64,000 bases of DNA. Origin: an uncultured Candidatus Rokubacteria bacterium. GTDB lineage: Bacteria > Methylomirabilota > Methylomirabilia > Rokubacteriales > DASRDR01. Below, in pieces: positions 61,100 to 64,000 of the stretch. The position numbers and the translations under genes are program-made. How positions within the stretch are numbered: position 1 is the first letter of the stretch; each line of letters opens with the position of its first letter. The stretch spans positions 384,001 to 448,000 of the forward strand of contig CAVPSB010000016.1 of the NCBI GenBank assembly GCA_963708025.1, given 5' to 3'. A model generated the notes under the pieces. That model had not been told where the DNA came from, made no database searches, and worked only from the letters and a program-made list of their open reading frames with translations.

Positions 61100-61632
61100 G
61101 CCGACGGGCCACGCTGCAGCCGGGGTCCCGGCCGCATCAGTGGTTGCTGCAACCAGGCGAGCGCCCGCCGGGGAAGCGAAGGTCGCCGTCGGGCCGTCCC
61201 AGCCGGCAGCGCAGTCGGGTGGCCAATCGGCAGGTCCCGAATTCGGTGGATGGCCGTTGCGACGGCATAGACACGGAGATTGTTCGAGGCCGGATCGGCC
61301 GGCACCAGGAAAACACCCGGCCCGCCCCCGATGTCGCATCGGGTCGAGCCGACCAGGACTTCGCCATCCTTGAAGGTGATCTCGACTCGCCGGCCGGGCA
61401 GAGCTGCGGTATCCGAGAACCGCTTCCGTTCGTCGTATCGGGCGTTCCCGGCGAGATCGCGAACGAGAAACACCGCCTTCAGCTCGGCGACGAGGACTGG
61501 GGTGGGATCAGATGACGCGTCGAGCGTCGGGAACACGTGAAAGCGACCCCGGCTCTCGAAGTCGTAGGTGTAGCCCTTGACCAGTCTTCCATCCGCGTAG
61601 CGGACGACAACCTTTGCTGCCGGACCGATCAT
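61096..61632 (-). CDS. DUF6982-like protein
   Basis: KVVVRYADGRLVKGYTYDF, LKAVFLVRDL.GN, GRRVEITFKDGEVLVG, PADPASNN.RV. Confidence 0.7.
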   Translation of the reverse strand: MIGPAAKVVVRYADGRLVKGYTYDFESRGRFHVFPTLDASSDPTPVLVAELKAVFLVRDLAGNARYDERKRFSDTAALPGRRVEITFKDGEVLVGSTRCDIGGGPGVFLVPADPASNNLRVYAVATAIHRIRDLPIGHPTALPAGTARRRPSLPRRALAWLQQPLMRPGPRLQRGPSA

Positions 61633-61737
61633 CGTGACACTCCCCACCCGACCCGCGAGCGCCATGTCCCGCGGGCCAACGGTTGCGACATGTACCGCTT
61701 CAATCTGGAAGGCCCCTCGTGCAGCCTGGCGGTCAGA

Positions 61738-61753
61738 TGCCACCTTCGTGCCA
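61738..61753 (-). promoter_or_regulatory. Probable sigma54 -24/-12 promoter
   Basis: Minus strand TGGCAC-GAAGG-TGGCA about 105 bp upstream of the DUF6982-like gene. Confidence 0.5.
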
Positions 61754-62241
61754 ATCAGTCACCGGTCCGTCAGGACTGCCCGCATGCGCAACCTTGACGT
61801 GTGCGCTTTACATGCGCCCACGACAGCCATCGTGGTCGCGTCGGGGATTCCGAGCGAGCTGAAGTGGTCAGATATTCACCGCTTCGGACAGATCGGGACC
61901 AGCGGCCCCGGGCAGAGCGACACGTCACCGCTCTCGGATCCGGGACCTCAGTTCGGGACCTCCCGCCCACCAGGGGAAGCCGGAAGACCCATTCCTTCGA
62001 CACACTCTCAGAGGAAGAACAGTTGCCGTGAGCTGCGCCGAGCTAATGGCCCAATCGGAGGGCCTCAGGCGACCCGAGGGTTTTCCAGGAATCGCTCCAT
62101 TCGGAAAACCGGAACGCCGTTTCCGAATCTTTGTGATCCTCGTTGCATAGACCAGCGAAGCGCGCTCGGTGGGCGCCTGTCTGCCGGAGGCCTTCGAGCT
62201 CCCTCCCTGGAGACGAGCGCCGGAATCTCGGATCCGGGCGG

Positions 62242-63972
62242 TCAGCGAGGCGGCGTCGAGCGGAGGCGGGCGGTCTCCTCTCCGAAGATCGTCCAAGTGG
62301 CGGGGTCGATGGCGACGCCGTACTCGCGGCGAGCGTAGTCGACGCTGATCTTCTCCTCGCGGACGTCGCGCAGGACGCGCTCGGGGTCGCGGGTGAAGGG
62401 ATCGCCCCAGCCGCCGGCGCCGGCCAGGACGTGGCGGAAGACGTCCCCCCGCCGGAGCGTCAGCGTGCACTTGGCCGGCAGCTCGCGGCGCTCGCCGTCC
62501 GGGTCGAGGAGGTTCTGCGAGGGCGTGCCGTCGCGGCCGCCCTGGAGCCCGTAAGGCAGGAAGCGCCGGCGGTCGGTCCGGAGCTGGAGCGTGCCCTCCG
62601 CGTTCTCGAAGCGGTACTCCCGCGCAAGCGCCAGGCCGCCCCGGAACCGCCCCGGCCCCCCGGAGTCGGGGAGGTAGCCGTAGCGCCGGATCACGATCGG
62701 GTACTCGGACTCGATCACCTCGATCGGGTTGTTCGAGAAGTTGACGACGGAGCTCGAGCAGGCATCCACCCCGTCCTTCGCTGGCCGCCCGCCCCAGGAG
62801 CCGAACAGGAACTCCAGGAAGACGAAGGGCCGGCGCTCCGCGTCGTAGCCGCCGATCGACACCCCGGTGTCGCCGCCGACCTCGCAGGCAAAGACCCGGT
62901 CGGGCGCGACCTGGGCCAGGGCGCCGAAGACCGCGTTGGCGATCCGGAAGCCGGTGAGGCCGCGGGCCGCGACCGACGCCGGCATCACGGGATTGACGAC
63001 GGTCCCGGGCGGGGCCACCACCTCGATGGGACGGAAGTACCCCTCGTTGTTCGGCGGCTCGCCGCCGACCAGGTGGCGGACGCAGGCATAGACGGCGGAC
63101 TTGGTGAAGGGCAGCGGCGAGTTGATGGCGCCCTTGACCTGGGCCGCCGAGCCGGTGAAGTCGGCGATCAGCCGGTCGCCGGTCACGGTGACCGCGACCG
63201 TGATGGGGATCGGGTCGGGGTCGATCCCGTCCTCGTCGATGTGGTCGGTGAACCGGTAGACCCCGTCGGGCATCGCGCGGATGGCGTGGCGGGCCAGCCG
63301 CTCGGCCTGGTCGAGGAGGGCGGCCGTGCAGGTGGCGAGGAGCCCGCCGCCGTACCGGGCGAGCAATCCCAGGTAGCCCCGCTCGCCGGTGAGGCAGGCC
63401 GCCACCTGGGACCGCACGTCGCCCAGGACCTGGCGCGGCACCCGGACGTTCCGGTCGATCAGCTCGAACAGCGCCTCCACCGGCGCCCCGGCCGCGTACA
63501 GCTTGAGCGGCGGGATGCGCAGCCCCTCCTGGAAGATCTCGGTGGCGTCGCAGCCGTTGCCGCCGGGGGTCTTGCCGCCCACGTCGAGCTGGTGGCCGAT
63601 GCTCGCCGACCAGCCGGCGAGGGCGCCGTCCGCGAAGATCGGCTTGACGATGTAGAAGTCGGGCAGGTGCGTGCCGCCCTCGTAGGGGTCGTTGAGGATG
63701 AAGACGTCGCCGGCCCCGATCCGCCCCGCGAACTTCCGGCGGATGGCGGCCATGGCGTCGGGGATCGAGCCGAGGTGGAGCGGGAGGGTCAGCCCCTGGG
63801 CGATGAGCCGGCCCTCGGCGTCGCACAGGGCGCAGGACATGTCCATCGCGTTCTTCAGGTTGTTCGAGTAGGCCGTTCGCACCAGCGAGATCGCCATCTC
63901 GTCCACGATGGCGTCCAGCGCGTTCTTGACCAGCTCGAGGAGGATCGGATCGGTCGCGGTCCGCGGGCTCAT
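62242..63972 (-). CDS. Hydantoinase B/oxoprolinase family protein
   Basis: EMA..L.RTAYS, NDPYEGGTHLPD, GHQLDVGG, QEGL, NNPIEVIE, DSGGPGRFRGG, GAGGWGDP. Confidence 0.93.
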   Translation of the reverse strand: MSPRTATDPILLELVKNALDAIVDEMAISLVRTAYSNNLKNAMDMSCALCDAEGRLIAQGLTLPLHLGSIPDAMAAIRRKFAGRIGAGDVFILNDPYEGGTHLPDFYIVKPIFADGALAGWSASIGHQLDVGGKTPGGNGCDATEIFQEGLRIPPLKLYAAGAPVEALFELIDRNVRVPRQVLGDVRSQVAACLTGERGYLGLLARYGGGLLATCTAALLDQAERLARHAIRAMPDGVYRFTDHIDEDGIDPDPIPITVAVTVTGDRLIADFTGSAAQVKGAINSPLPFTKSAVYACVRHLVGGEPPNNEGYFRPIEVVAPPGTVVNPVMPASVAARGLTGFRIANAVFGALAQVAPDRVFACEVGGDTGVSIGGYDAERRPFVFLEFLFGSWGGRPAKDGVDACSSSVVNFSNNPIEVIESEYPIVIRRYGYLPDSGGPGRFRGGLALAREYRFENAEGTLQLRTDRRRFLPYGLQGGRDGTPSQNLLDPDGERRELPAKCTLTLRRGDVFRHVLAGAGGWGDPFTRDPERVLRDVREEKISVDYARREYGVAIDPATWTIFGEETARLRSTPPR

Positions 63973-64000
63973 GCCGGTGCTCCCGTGGTGATGACGATGT
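63969..64000 (-). CDS. 3' end of upstream gene, probably hydantoinase A (partial)
   Basis: ...IVITTGAPA* with ATGA overlap to hydantoinase B; product inferred from position. Confidence 0.45.
   Translation of the reverse strand, partial: IVITTGAPA

Noticed and set aside
61760-62240. c-di-GMP riboswitch or other ncRNA upstream of the MshEN island
   Set aside because: Could not find the GEMM-type conserved motifs by eye; needs an Rfam scan

Overview
A very GC-rich bacterial window, roughly 70% GC by eye. Gene content and repeat style suggest Ca. Rokubacteria/Methylomirabilota, which is inference only. Many otherwise intact genes carry single-base frameshifts, most likely long-read assembly errors. 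Most of the window is catabolic and transport genes: a TRAP SBP, two peptide-type ABC systems, a Liv-type ABC, an NMT1-type ABC, CoA ligase/crotonase, an orphan Mo-hydroxylase large subunit with a LigAB-like dioxygenase, DadA and hydantoinase B. Gene remnants are scattered between them. Five things stand out. (1) A lower-GC signalling island (55.6-61.7 kb) encodes a DUF6982-like protein, a PilB/GspE ATPase, two receivers, a coiled-coil protein and a pseudokinase-MshEN-coiled-coil fusion; a paralogous ATPase-less MshEN protein lies at 38 kb, and all three units have sigma54-type -24/-12 motifs upstream. (2) A SARP/BTAD-STAND regulator faces a ~60-aa protein preceded by 11/12-bp-spaced ACG repeats, and the same repeat-plus-microprotein unit recurs after an FG-GAP protein. 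(3) Two very divergent MTAP/PNP-fold genes bracket an NMT1 ABC transporter. (4) A nested, modular palindromic repeat family abuts stop codons. (5) A lone integron attC site sits between cassette remnants. I saw no rRNA, tRNA, CRISPR array or transposase. All family names come from my motif recognition, not from database searches.
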